A stretch of 64,000 nucleotides of DNA from Candidatus Woesearchaeota archaeon (GTDB lineage Archaea; Nanobdellota; Nanobdellia; Woesearchaeales; DSVV01): the NCBI GenBank assembly GCA_016219865.1, contig JACRKF010000033.1:1960-65959 (forward strand). The letters run 5' to 3'. Below the pieces are notes generated by a model that worked only from the letters and a program-made list of their open reading frames with translations, ran no database searches and was not told where the DNA came from. Below are positions 11,801-19,000 of this stretch, in pieces. Numbering within the stretch: the first letter of the stretch is position 1; each line of letters starts with the position of its first letter. Position numbers and translations under genes: made by a program.

Positions 11801-12600
11801 ATCACTTGGTTTTTTCCATTAAGATTAAGAAAATTCCATACAGGAACAACCTCATGAGTTTGCGCAACCAAATCATTCAATACATGCACTGGTGAAGGAG
11901 CATCAATAATCTGAACTTCATCAACAGCAGAAATTTGTTGAATATTCTCTTGCGCAGTTTTTATTCGTATTACTTCATTATCAGCAGCTATTATCTCTAA
12001 ACCATTAACCTCTTTTAATTTTTCTGCAACTAATGCTGAATTTCCATCTTCATAAAGATAAAGATCAAGTGTAACTTTATTATTTTTGTCTGGAACAATT
12101 GTTGCAATTGTTTCTGTGTTCAATTTATACTCTGGGTTGTAGTCAATTATTGCTTTTACAAATTCAAATGTTTGTATTTTGTTTAAGTTTACTGTTGGTA
12201 TTTTCACAATAAATGAATTCTGGGGAATATATGAATATATTTTAACATCATATGTTTCCAATGCCTTTTTCCATGAATCTCTAACAGGACCGGCAAATTG
12301 AAGAACATAAAAAGCTTCGCTTTTATAAAAGACTTCCTCGCTGCGCTCGTCGTCTTTTATTTCATTAATAATTAGCGGTTGCTGTTTTTGTTGTTCAGTA
12401 ATTGTCTGCGATTTAAAATAAATATTAGCATCAGCTTTTTTATATTCTTCTGGATGATATTCAGTAAGTGCTGTTTTAACAGCATTATATTGCTTTATTT
12501 CTTGTTTATACGCAAAAGAGAATAAACTAATTATAGTTATAAGTAATAGAACTGCAACTATTGCTGCTAACCCAACTTTTTTCATAATAAAATCATTCAT
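8881..12600 (-). CDS. Secreted subtilisin-like serine protease (peptidase S8) with a very long Asn/Thr/Ser-rich C-terminal stalk
   Basis: N-terminal signal anchor. Catalytic triad motifs VIGILDTGLD (Asp), HGTHVTGSAAG (His), GTSMATPSAAGMLVLL (Ser) and oxyanion AAGNSGG. The ~700 C-terminal residues carry dozens of N-x-S/T sequons. Confidence 0.85.
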   Translation of the reverse strand: MNDFIMKKVGLAAIVAVLLLITIISLFSFAYKQEIKQYNAVKTALTEYHPEEYKKADANIYFKSQTITEQQKQQPLIINEIKDDERSEEVFYKSEAFYVLQFAGPVRDSWKKALETYDVKIYSYIPQNSFIVKIPTVNLNKIQTFEFVKAIIDYNPEYKLNTETIATIVPDKNNKVTLDLYLYEDGNSALVAEKLKEVNGLEIIAADNEVIRIKTAQENIQQISAVDEVQIIDAPSPVHVLNDLVAQTHEVVPVWNFLNLNGKNQVIGILDTGLDTGVDNLSVLNDILLDFDNRIVNIKTNNTVCALSGASCSSPNDLNGHGTHVTGSAAGNGTLSAGQFKGMAYAANISFYAAGDDDGSRSIYLGTTSTYKTILHNQYLDGARVHSNSYGGDTNAYESLAVTVDDFMWNRKDALLIVAAGNSGGSGANTVFYPATAKNAVSVGNLQSSRSSGNPALISSTSSLGPAADNRTKPDVVVIGTNVVSTKSTVISSGSPSCNSAFSSNGNYSTCSGTSMATPSAAGMLVLLRQDFMLNKFYNNVSGALLKATLINGAQELSYGFPSNTSGWGRVNMTNTLIPSGSRYLVYIDNSTELTTGQSSTYNFTVVNASTPIKITLVWTDYKGTANAAISLVNDLNLIATAPNGTQFLGNNFLFPFNASSDDRNTVEQVIINTNNTQTGSYQVNVSAYNIAQGSQPFSLVISAGLNASPQINTFNGITSNPLVIPSLYNTSYFILENTSNGKIIFNDFAVAAFQDFDKNANISRNNILFNNSHLHSTLNSNITFSLYNTGYANPVPMKNGSVCNSAADGCTIITATATNLTFYTIGLANITARENASLITWDSTQDAAPYRLGATYENQIANFFANYTNVTSKTPITTANCSIQFTDVTANMMYNATKALFEYNRTFVGAATYNYNIICNETNFINQTAANTTTIFNSTDVKPFMPGNLTIKKLANNSINISWDSAKDASQYKLFFSENASYVLNLSAAALPTANATISAAAQLYYIDNDARDVDKRFYRVAAANGTNYNLTNITAAKFNVLIKAAAGNPTAGIQLNLISLPITVNDLNISNLTSASENDIIYSYNTTSKTAMLSQFFTGSGWLGDFTLFEYGRSYAFSPVATAYNITLVGEVPLNNYTTSIAASTNAAGNTTSAEINMFGYYSAIQQCNFSAIFVSPANPATGDRIYHYNTTSARYEYAQYSATTGLWSGNFACFEPGEGYEIRPSKNSYSLVYGRG

Positions 12601-12663
12601 TGCATGAATGATTTTATATATTTTCCGTTATGAATCAGCTTTTTTCAAAATATCTAGTATTTG

Positions 12664-12694
12664 CTGAGTGAGCAAAGCGAACTCGCAAATACTA
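12664..12694 (+). promoter_or_regulatory. 31-nt element CTGAGTGA-N7-GAACTCG-N5-ACTA (copy A), 55 nt upstream of the HTH gene
   Basis: Shares 19 fixed positions at identical spacing with copy B. Embedded in the 9-bp inverted repeat AGTATTTGC...GCAAATACT. Confidence 0.35.
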
Positions 12695-12748
12695 AAGAAA
12701 TACTTCCATGTGTAAACATTTATATACTAGTGGAAGCTAAAACTTCCA

Positions 12749-13273
12749 ATGGAAGCAAAACTGTCCATATTGCAGCCTTTTTTCAAAAAGTCAGGGGAAG
12801 CATTCCATATCAGAGAAGTTGCTAAACTTACTGGTATAAACCATACAACTGTCAGAAAATATCTGCAGGAGATGGTTAAAGAGAATATTCTGGCTATAAA
12901 AGAAGATAAACTCTATGATATGTATATAGCATCACATTCTCTTGCATTTCATAATATACAGCTATATTATATATTAGAAAGTGTGCGAAAATCCAAGTTT
13001 CTTGCAGATATTGAAAAAAACGATAAAGATGCTGCAGTTGTCTTATTAAATTCTTTTAAATCTGATGATTCAATAGAACTATGTGTTATCTATCAGAAGA
13101 ATAATGAATATTCAGTGAAAGAATTAGAAAAATATTTTGGCAAGAAAATAGTTATGCACTATCATAATGCAAAGAAATTTCATAGTTATCTAAAGAATGA
13201 TGCATTGTTATTTCAACACATCTTAAATGGCATTGTTATCAAAGGCAAGATTACAGTTGCTGATTTTTTATGA
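12749..13273 (+). CDS. Winged-helix (HTH) domain protein, putative transcriptional regulator
   Basis: N-terminal HIREVAKLTGINHTTVRKYLQEMV helix-turn-helix. It is the first gene of a co-directional six-gene island. Its start codon sits in the palindrome ACTTCCAATGGAAGC. Confidence 0.45.
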   Translation: MEAKLSILQPFFKKSGEAFHIREVAKLTGINHTTVRKYLQEMVKENILAIKEDKLYDMYIASHSLAFHNIQLYYILESVRKSKFLADIEKNDKDAAVVLLNSFKSDDSIELCVIYQKNNEYSVKELEKYFGKKIVMHYHNAKKFHSYLKNDALLFQHILNGIVIKGKITVADFL

Positions 13274-13284
13274 ACGGAGTGAAT
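13271..13284 (+). promoter_or_regulatory. 14-nt element TGAACGGAGTGAAT flanked by TTTTTTA / AAAAAAA, 7 nt upstream of the ATG at 13291
   Basis: Read directly; overlaps the stop codon of the preceding gene. Confidence 0.4.
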
Positions 13285-13290
13285 AAAAAA

Positions 13291-14442
13291 ATGGATAAGA
13301 AAGCAATCAAATTAACAAGCGAGGCATTGATTGAAGCTGTATTGATTACAATTGTAATTATAGCATTTGCTTTCTACATTAGTTCATTAAGAGAAGACAC
13401 ATTAATTGAAAAGACAGCTATTATTAGAGAATTATCAATGCTTGCAAATACAGTGCAGGCAAGCCCTCAAGATGCGCTTGTAATATATAATAAAAACAAT
13501 CTCAACAAATATCATTTTTCATTTAAAGAGAATTATGTGCAGATTAAACAGCAGGATTATGCAACAGTATTATATCCTTATTACACAGATATGATGCTTT
13601 CAATGCTGCTGCTGGATATAGAAAAAAAAGATCAACTTGTATTCTCTAGTTTCAAAGATAGTTTTATAATTTCTCCTGAAACAGTTGTTGGCTTTTCTTC
13701 GCAAAGAGGAGATAGTTTCAATCCAGCTGCTGCATCAGGTGGCATAGTTATTCAAAACAATCAGCAAAAAGATCCGCAATTAGCAGCAAGCTTTGCTAAT
13801 TGTCCGCTTATAAAATCAACAGTTGCATTGCAGACAATTGTCTTAGATTCAGGTAAAGGAGATTATATTGCAATGCCTGATGAGACCCAAGAAGTATTTG
13901 TAAAAGATTTTGGCGTGCAGAATAAAGCTCTTGGTACAAGCGAGCATGAACTTACTATGAAAGCTGTTATTTTATTAGAGACAGCATTAAGATTAAAAGT
14001 TAAGAACACACTCCTCAAAAAAACAAGAACGCAGAATGAAGATGAAAGTTTTTCTTATTCTGAGAGGTTGCAAAGATTTGATGCAGATGACAATCTTGTA
14101 ATAAGCATCCGTATGTATCAGGCGCAAGAGACTGAGAATAAGATTACCTTATATATATTAGCAGGAAAAAATGAATTGCAGAATCAAAAGATTGCATGTT
14201 TATTGATGAACGAATTGCAAGAAAAGTTATCAGGATTAACGCATAAAATTGAGATACGTTATCTTGCAGAAACAGATGATAGTTATCCATTATTAGAAAA
14301 GAACAGCAAAGAAAATGATAATTTAGCTGTTTTATTAGAGCTAGGCAATATTAACAATAAAGATAATGCTTTGTACAGCCAATTAGATGCTGCTGTTGAT
14401 GCGATAGCTGCAGCAGTTGCTGCATATAACAATGATAGATAA
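13291..14442 (+). CDS. Hypothetical membrane-anchored protein (KKA-type N-terminus)
   Basis: Start reassigned from 13270 to the ATG at 13291, because 13271–13284 is the recurrent 14-nt upstream element. N-terminus MDKKAIKLTSEALIEAVLITIVIIAF (basic + TM). Confidence 0.5.
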   Translation: MDKKAIKLTSEALIEAVLITIVIIAFAFYISSLREDTLIEKTAIIRELSMLANTVQASPQDALVIYNKNNLNKYHFSFKENYVQIKQQDYATVLYPYYTDMMLSMLLLDIEKKDQLVFSSFKDSFIISPETVVGFSSQRGDSFNPAAASGGIVIQNNQQKDPQLAASFANCPLIKSTVALQTIVLDSGKGDYIAMPDETQEVFVKDFGVQNKALGTSEHELTMKAVILLETALRLKVKNTLLKKTRTQNEDESFSYSERLQRFDADDNLVISIRMYQAQETENKITLYILAGKNELQNQKIACLLMNELQEKLSGLTHKIEIRYLAETDDSYPLLEKNSKENDNLAVLLELGNINNKDNALYSQLDAAVDAIAAAVAAYNNDR

Positions 14443-14462
14443 GAATAATTAAAGATGAAAAG

Positions 14463-15089
14463 ATGAATAAAAGACAAATGAACCAAAAAATGAATATTTT
14501 TCATGAAAGAAAAGATAGAAAAAAAGCTTTTGCCTATTTTCAGATTATTTTTGCATTTTATAGGATATTTGTATTGATGTTGGTTGTCTTATCTATTGTT
14601 ATGATCACAAAATTATTTATTAAAGTAACATTTGACACGCAAAAAGCAGAGATGGAACTATTTAAAGAACAATTATTATACTCTAAAGATGGTATTTCGT
14701 TGTACGACAGGGAAACCCAGCTATTATCTCCTGGTGTTATTGATTATAATCTTTTAAAGAATAAAGCATTATTTGAAAGCAAATTATTGCAGGGATTTTA
14801 CTTTAAAGACAAACCTCTTATAGCAGCAAAGCTTGAATTTTCTCTTCCATCTAATGCTGATGAAACTAGTACGGATTATGAAGAATTTATTCCAATCTAT
14901 TATCATGAAGATTATTTTAAACAATTATCAGTGCTTGCAAATACAAAGTTTCATGGAGCAGGTGGAGCAAAGATGATCCAAAGAGAAACTCCTGTATTAA
15001 TTAAGAAAATAGTTGTAGAGAATAACATTGCAGTTGAAAAATATATTCCAGCAGATTTAACAATCACAATTGTCAGCTCAAATAGTTAA
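14463..15089 (+). CDS. Hypothetical membrane-anchored protein (KKA-type N-terminus)
   Basis: ...RKKAFAYFQIIFAFYRIFVLMLVVL TM after a basic stretch. Co-directional with its neighbours. Confidence 0.45.
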   Translation: MNKRQMNQKMNIFHERKDRKKAFAYFQIIFAFYRIFVLMLVVLSIVMITKLFIKVTFDTQKAEMELFKEQLLYSKDGISLYDRETQLLSPGVIDYNLLKNKALFESKLLQGFYFKDKPLIAAKLEFSLPSNADETSTDYEEFIPIYYHEDYFKQLSVLANTKFHGAGGAKMIQRETPVLIKKIVVENNIAVEKYIPADLTITIVSSNS

Positions 15090-15114
15090 TTAGAAAGATA
15101 ACAATAAAGAATAG

Positions 15115-15681
15115 ATGATACTTATGAAAAGGAAAAATAAAGAAATATTCTTTGCAAAAAGAATTTTTTGCAAAAAAGCTGCAACACCATCGCAGATATT
15201 AATAGACTTTTGGGCTGCGCTAATCATTGTATTGATTCTGGCAACATTCTTTTTTATTTTATATGTCTCTCAAGGCAATATGGGTGTTGTAATCAAAGCG
15301 CAAGCAGCTGAGTTCGAGACTAATGATGAATTGCTTTATCTTTTGCAGTCTCCTGTCGTTATTGGCAATAAATCAATGAGCTTTTCTGAAGCAATTGCAG
15401 TTTCAGTGCATAAAGATGATTTTGTTGAACTTGAAAAAGCATTTGATCAAATAGGAGTATCAATTAGATTCAATAACTGTATTGACATTACTCTTGAATA
15501 TTCTGGCAAGAAAAAATCAATTCCTGCTGTGAATAATTGTGAAAGATATGCTGAATATGAACACAACACTGAAAAGATCTACATAAGTAAAGCAGAACTG
15601 CCATCTTTAGATGGTGCAATTATCAGTGTTGCTTATTCAATCAGTAAGATAATCCCGGAATATAGATATGGAAATGAATAA
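15115..15681 (+). CDS. Hypothetical membrane-anchored protein (KKA-type N-terminus)
   Basis: ...CKKAATPSQILIDFWAALIIVLILATFFF; 188 aa. Confidence 0.45.
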   Translation: MILMKRKNKEIFFAKRIFCKKAATPSQILIDFWAALIIVLILATFFFILYVSQGNMGVVIKAQAAEFETNDELLYLLQSPVVIGNKSMSFSEAIAVSVHKDDFVELEKAFDQIGVSIRFNNCIDITLEYSGKKKSIPAVNNCERYAEYEHNTEKIYISKAELPSLDGAIISVAYSISKIIPEYRYGNE

Positions 15682-15683
15682 AC

Positions 15684-17864
15684 ATGAAAAAAATAAATAA
15701 AAAATCACAATTGTTTATGATATTGTTAGTTTTTGTTACATTGACGACTGTCATTTCTGTATTCTTAGTGCTTTCAGAGAAAAGAGCAGATGTTAAAAAT
15801 TATTTAGGAGAAGAAAGCATGAATCTTATTAGTGGATATCAAGAAGAGCAGAAATTACTGCATGCAATTCAATTGCAGGCAAGATTTGCATATTATCAAT
15901 CTGTTTACGATCTTGCATTAGCTGGAGGTGCATCAACTGAAGGAGCTGCTGCAAATAACTGCGGTAAATATCGTGGATTTGTAAATTATTACAATGATCC
16001 TGAGTTTCAGCAATGCTTGCCTTTGGATCCAGAGAAAGAATTAATTCTGCTGATGAACAAAGAGATGAAATTTACTGAAACAGGAATTAGTAACAGCGAA
16101 GTTACTTCTGTTTACAGCGCTGAGGTAAAAGATAATTCAGTTATTGGCAAAGCAAATGGCTCAATTGCATATACTTATGACACTGCAAATAAAGTATTAA
16201 ATCTTGGTTCAATTGAAATCAAACAATTATCTCCAGGAGAATACGCGCAATTGCATAATTATGGAACTGCTCCAGGCACTCAAGGAAATAGTGGCGTAAA
16301 AGAATATCCAGTATGCGATAAGACAGAAGATGTAATCATTGATCTTTCTCAAGGCAAAGAAAAGAAACTTGAAGAAATTGGCTTAGGAAAAATATGGGTG
16401 CCAGCGCAAGCATTATGTGGGGGAGAATTTCCAGTTTTTATAATGCTTCATGGTCATGATGCTAATCCTGCGCAGTATTATGTTGGAGAAAGTTCAAAGT
16501 CAAGAATTGATAGCAGTATTAAACAATTAATAGCTGATAAAAAAGTATATCCTGTAATCTTAGCTGCGCCGATTGGACGTGTAAATAAGATTAATGGTGA
16601 TTTAGTTGATCCATGGCCTGCTGACCAGTTTGATATTGCTGATTATATTGCAAAGATTAAAACTGTGTTGCAGCAGCAGAATAATAAACTAACTGCTGGA
16701 AAAGTTGGAATCATTGGGCATAGCGCAGCAAATTGTTATGCAGGTGGTTTAAGAACTGCTGTCAGCAAATATGATTTTTATTTTGTCGGTTCAGCTGATG
16801 GAACCTGCGGTTCAAAAGATGGCGCTGTTGGCAGCAATAATTATGCAAAAACAATCTCTCAAAGAATCAGCAATAAAGATGCAATTTATGTTTTGATGCA
16901 CAGAAATAGTGATTCAGGAGATAAATCATCTGAAACATTTATGGCGGAAAACAGTATTGATGACTCAGCAGATGCAATTGCAAAAGAGAATTATGTTTCT
17001 GTTGTAAAGAAAAATGATAAAGAATATTATCGATATTTGTTGGATCCGCAAAAATATGGACATATGGCAGTTCCAAAATTGATGACAATGGAAGTTTTGC
17101 AGCGATTCTTCACATTAGAAAAAGTTGGAGGATTTGCTCCTTATGCTGCCATATCTCAAGCAGCGCCTAATGGTTGTAAAAGAACAATATTTAATAGAGA
17201 TAGTGAATCAATTGGAACAGTTAATTGTGGTGCATTAAAAAATGCTGTAAGTTTTGCCGCCGAGCGCGAATATTATAAATCTGATCATGATTCTCAGAAA
17301 AGATATGCAACTGTTGAATTAGTTAATTTCATTGAGGATATTGGTTGTGTCTTAACTGCAAAATATGGTTCACAAGGGAAAATTGCTGTAGGACAAACAA
17401 GTTATGAATATGGCGGGAAATTATATCTTCATGGAGACAGCGGAAATGCGCATTCTTCGCATCAAAGTGGAAGAGATGCGGATATTGGATTGTTCTTCAG
17501 AAATGAGAAACAAGAATTGATAAGTAAACAAACTGCAATGGTTGATACAAAGACAAATATTGTAGATTCGCGTTTTGACTTGGACGCTAATTGGTTATTT
17601 GTAAAAGAGTTTGTTAAACATGATCTGGCAGATATCATTATTATTCATGGGGCATTAGAAGATGCGCTTATTGCTTATGCTGAACAACATAATGAGGACA
17701 AACAATTGATTGAAAAAGCAAAACAAATAATGGTTGGTGGATATGGGGAGTTAGGGTATGATCACAGACACCATTATCATATCAGGATTAAATGTCCGCA
17801 TGGAGATAATTTATGTGAAAAGAAATACAATAAATGTGATAATTATATTGCTCAGGCGAAATAA
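15684..17864 (+). CDS. Membrane-anchored multidomain protein with a C-terminal MepA-like (peptidase M74 / LAS-family) murein DD-endopeptidase domain and a central putative alpha/beta-hydrolase-like region
   Basis: C-terminus HGDSGNAHSSHQSGRDADIGLFF and DHRHHYHIRIKCPHGDNLCEKK closely match the MepA zinc-ligand blocks (GGHASHQTGLDVDI; HRAHMHVRLRCP..LEC). The central part has FIMLHGHD and IIGHSAAN, which is esterase-like. N-terminus is MKKINKKSQ + TM. Confidence 0.55.
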   Translation: MKKINKKSQLFMILLVFVTLTTVISVFLVLSEKRADVKNYLGEESMNLISGYQEEQKLLHAIQLQARFAYYQSVYDLALAGGASTEGAAANNCGKYRGFVNYYNDPEFQQCLPLDPEKELILLMNKEMKFTETGISNSEVTSVYSAEVKDNSVIGKANGSIAYTYDTANKVLNLGSIEIKQLSPGEYAQLHNYGTAPGTQGNSGVKEYPVCDKTEDVIIDLSQGKEKKLEEIGLGKIWVPAQALCGGEFPVFIMLHGHDANPAQYYVGESSKSRIDSSIKQLIADKKVYPVILAAPIGRVNKINGDLVDPWPADQFDIADYIAKIKTVLQQQNNKLTAGKVGIIGHSAANCYAGGLRTAVSKYDFYFVGSADGTCGSKDGAVGSNNYAKTISQRISNKDAIYVLMHRNSDSGDKSSETFMAENSIDDSADAIAKENYVSVVKKNDKEYYRYLLDPQKYGHMAVPKLMTMEVLQRFFTLEKVGGFAPYAAISQAAPNGCKRTIFNRDSESIGTVNCGALKNAVSFAAEREYYKSDHDSQKRYATVELVNFIEDIGCVLTAKYGSQGKIAVGQTSYEYGGKLYLHGDSGNAHSSHQSGRDADIGLFFRNEKQELISKQTAMVDTKTNIVDSRFDLDANWLFVKEFVKHDLADIIIIHGALEDALIAYAEQHNEDKQLIEKAKQIMVGGYGELGYDHRHHYHIRIKCPHGDNLCEKKYNKCDNYIAQAK

Positions 17865-17866
17865 AA

Positions 17867-18961
17867 ATGAAAAATAATCATCAAATAAAAAAAATAAGCA
17901 GGCATATGGTCTTAGTGTCAGCCATACTTTTATTTTCCATAGTTATATTTTTATCTCCTGTTGTTTCCGCAGCGCCGCAGTTATTGATCAGCATAGATAA
18001 TGAGAATAATCTTGAAGATTTCCAAGTGATTGCAGACAATGACTATTATGGCGGGAAATATTATCCTTTGCTTACTGAAGAATATGGGGAAGAAATACTG
18101 ATATCGCCTGAGAAGTTTCATTATAGAGTTATACTAGACAATATAGAAATTTCAAAACTAAATGAAAGATTTGCATTAGGATTCAGTCCTAAAACTGCAA
18201 CTATGGAAATCTTTGATGATAAGATATTTGATAATAATAAAGCAATCATCACTAAACAACTTTCATTCTGCAACAACAACAATATTTGTGAACCTTGTGA
18301 AGATTCTGAGTGCAATCTCATGGAATCTTCTTTGACATGCAATGATTGTAAGTCTGGCAGCGCAGATTTTATTTGTGATTTAGTTTATGATGGAATTTGT
18401 GATCCTGATTGCGAGAATAAAGACAAAGATTGCAGTAGTTGTAAAGAAAAAGCAAACGAAGAAGCAAATAATTGTTATGCTTATGCTGAAGAGACTGAAT
18501 GTCTTGAAGAATATAGCGGAGAAACTTGTTTCTTTGGCAAGAGCTGCGCTGAAGGTGATGGCATAGCAATAAAAAATACTTTGTGCTGCCCAAACAGTTA
18601 TTGCATAACTTCTTTTTTTTCAATGAATGAAAAAAAAGAAATTGAAAAGATAAAAGAAAAACAAGATGAAGAAAAAGAGATAAAATTCATGAACCAAGTT
18701 GCAACAAACCAACAGCAATCATTTACAATTTATTTAGTATTTATCATAATATTAATAATTACTATAATATTATTATCTATTTATTTCATTAGAAAAATGT
18801 ATAGGTCAAAGATGCTTGTTATAGAAATCCAGCGATTAAAGAACAGATACAGTTATGCCGAGATTAAAACTTATTTAGAAAAACAAGGATATAAAAAAGA
18901 AGATATTGATTTAGCAATACAGCAGCATTATTTGTATGATAAGAATGTTAAAAATCACTAA
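17867..18961 (+). CDS. Cys-rich surface protein with an N-terminal signal/TM and a C-terminal TM anchor plus cytoplasmic tail
   Basis: N-terminal hydrophobic segment. Dense Cys module CNDCKSGSADFICDLVYDGICDPDCENKDKDCSSC...CCPNSYC. C-terminal TM IYLVFIIILIITIILLSIYFI followed by a basic tail. Confidence 0.5.
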   Translation: MKNNHQIKKISRHMVLVSAILLFSIVIFLSPVVSAAPQLLISIDNENNLEDFQVIADNDYYGGKYYPLLTEEYGEEILISPEKFHYRVILDNIEISKLNERFALGFSPKTATMEIFDDKIFDNNKAIITKQLSFCNNNNICEPCEDSECNLMESSLTCNDCKSGSADFICDLVYDGICDPDCENKDKDCSSCKEKANEEANNCYAYAEETECLEEYSGETCFFGKSCAEGDGIAIKNTLCCPNSYCITSFFSMNEKKEIEKIKEKQDEEKEIKFMNQVATNQQQSFTIYLVFIIILIITIILLSIYFIRKMYRSKMLVIEIQRLKNRYSYAEIKTYLEKQGYKKEDIDLAIQQHYLYDKNVKNH

Positions 18962-19000
18962 TCGTGCTTTTTAACATTTCTTTGAAAAAGGATTGAAAAC

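Noticed and set aside
8925-11857. Short ORFs on both strands inside the S8 protease gene (8925..9119, 8982..9218, 9603..9914, 10500..10685, 11081..11381, 11195..11377, 11600..11857)
   Set aside because: They overlap a 1239-aa ORF with intact catalytic motifs. Q/L-rich composition indicates alternate-frame artefacts.
13270-13290. Track start codons at 13270, 27126, 35358 (TTG), 37536, 54334, 56381 (GTG), 59406 and 60707
   Set aside because: In each case the upstream ATG/GTG/TTG lies inside the conserved SD-like/14-nt element or lacks an RBS. A downstream ATG has the canonical SD + T-run context and yields the conserved family N-terminus.
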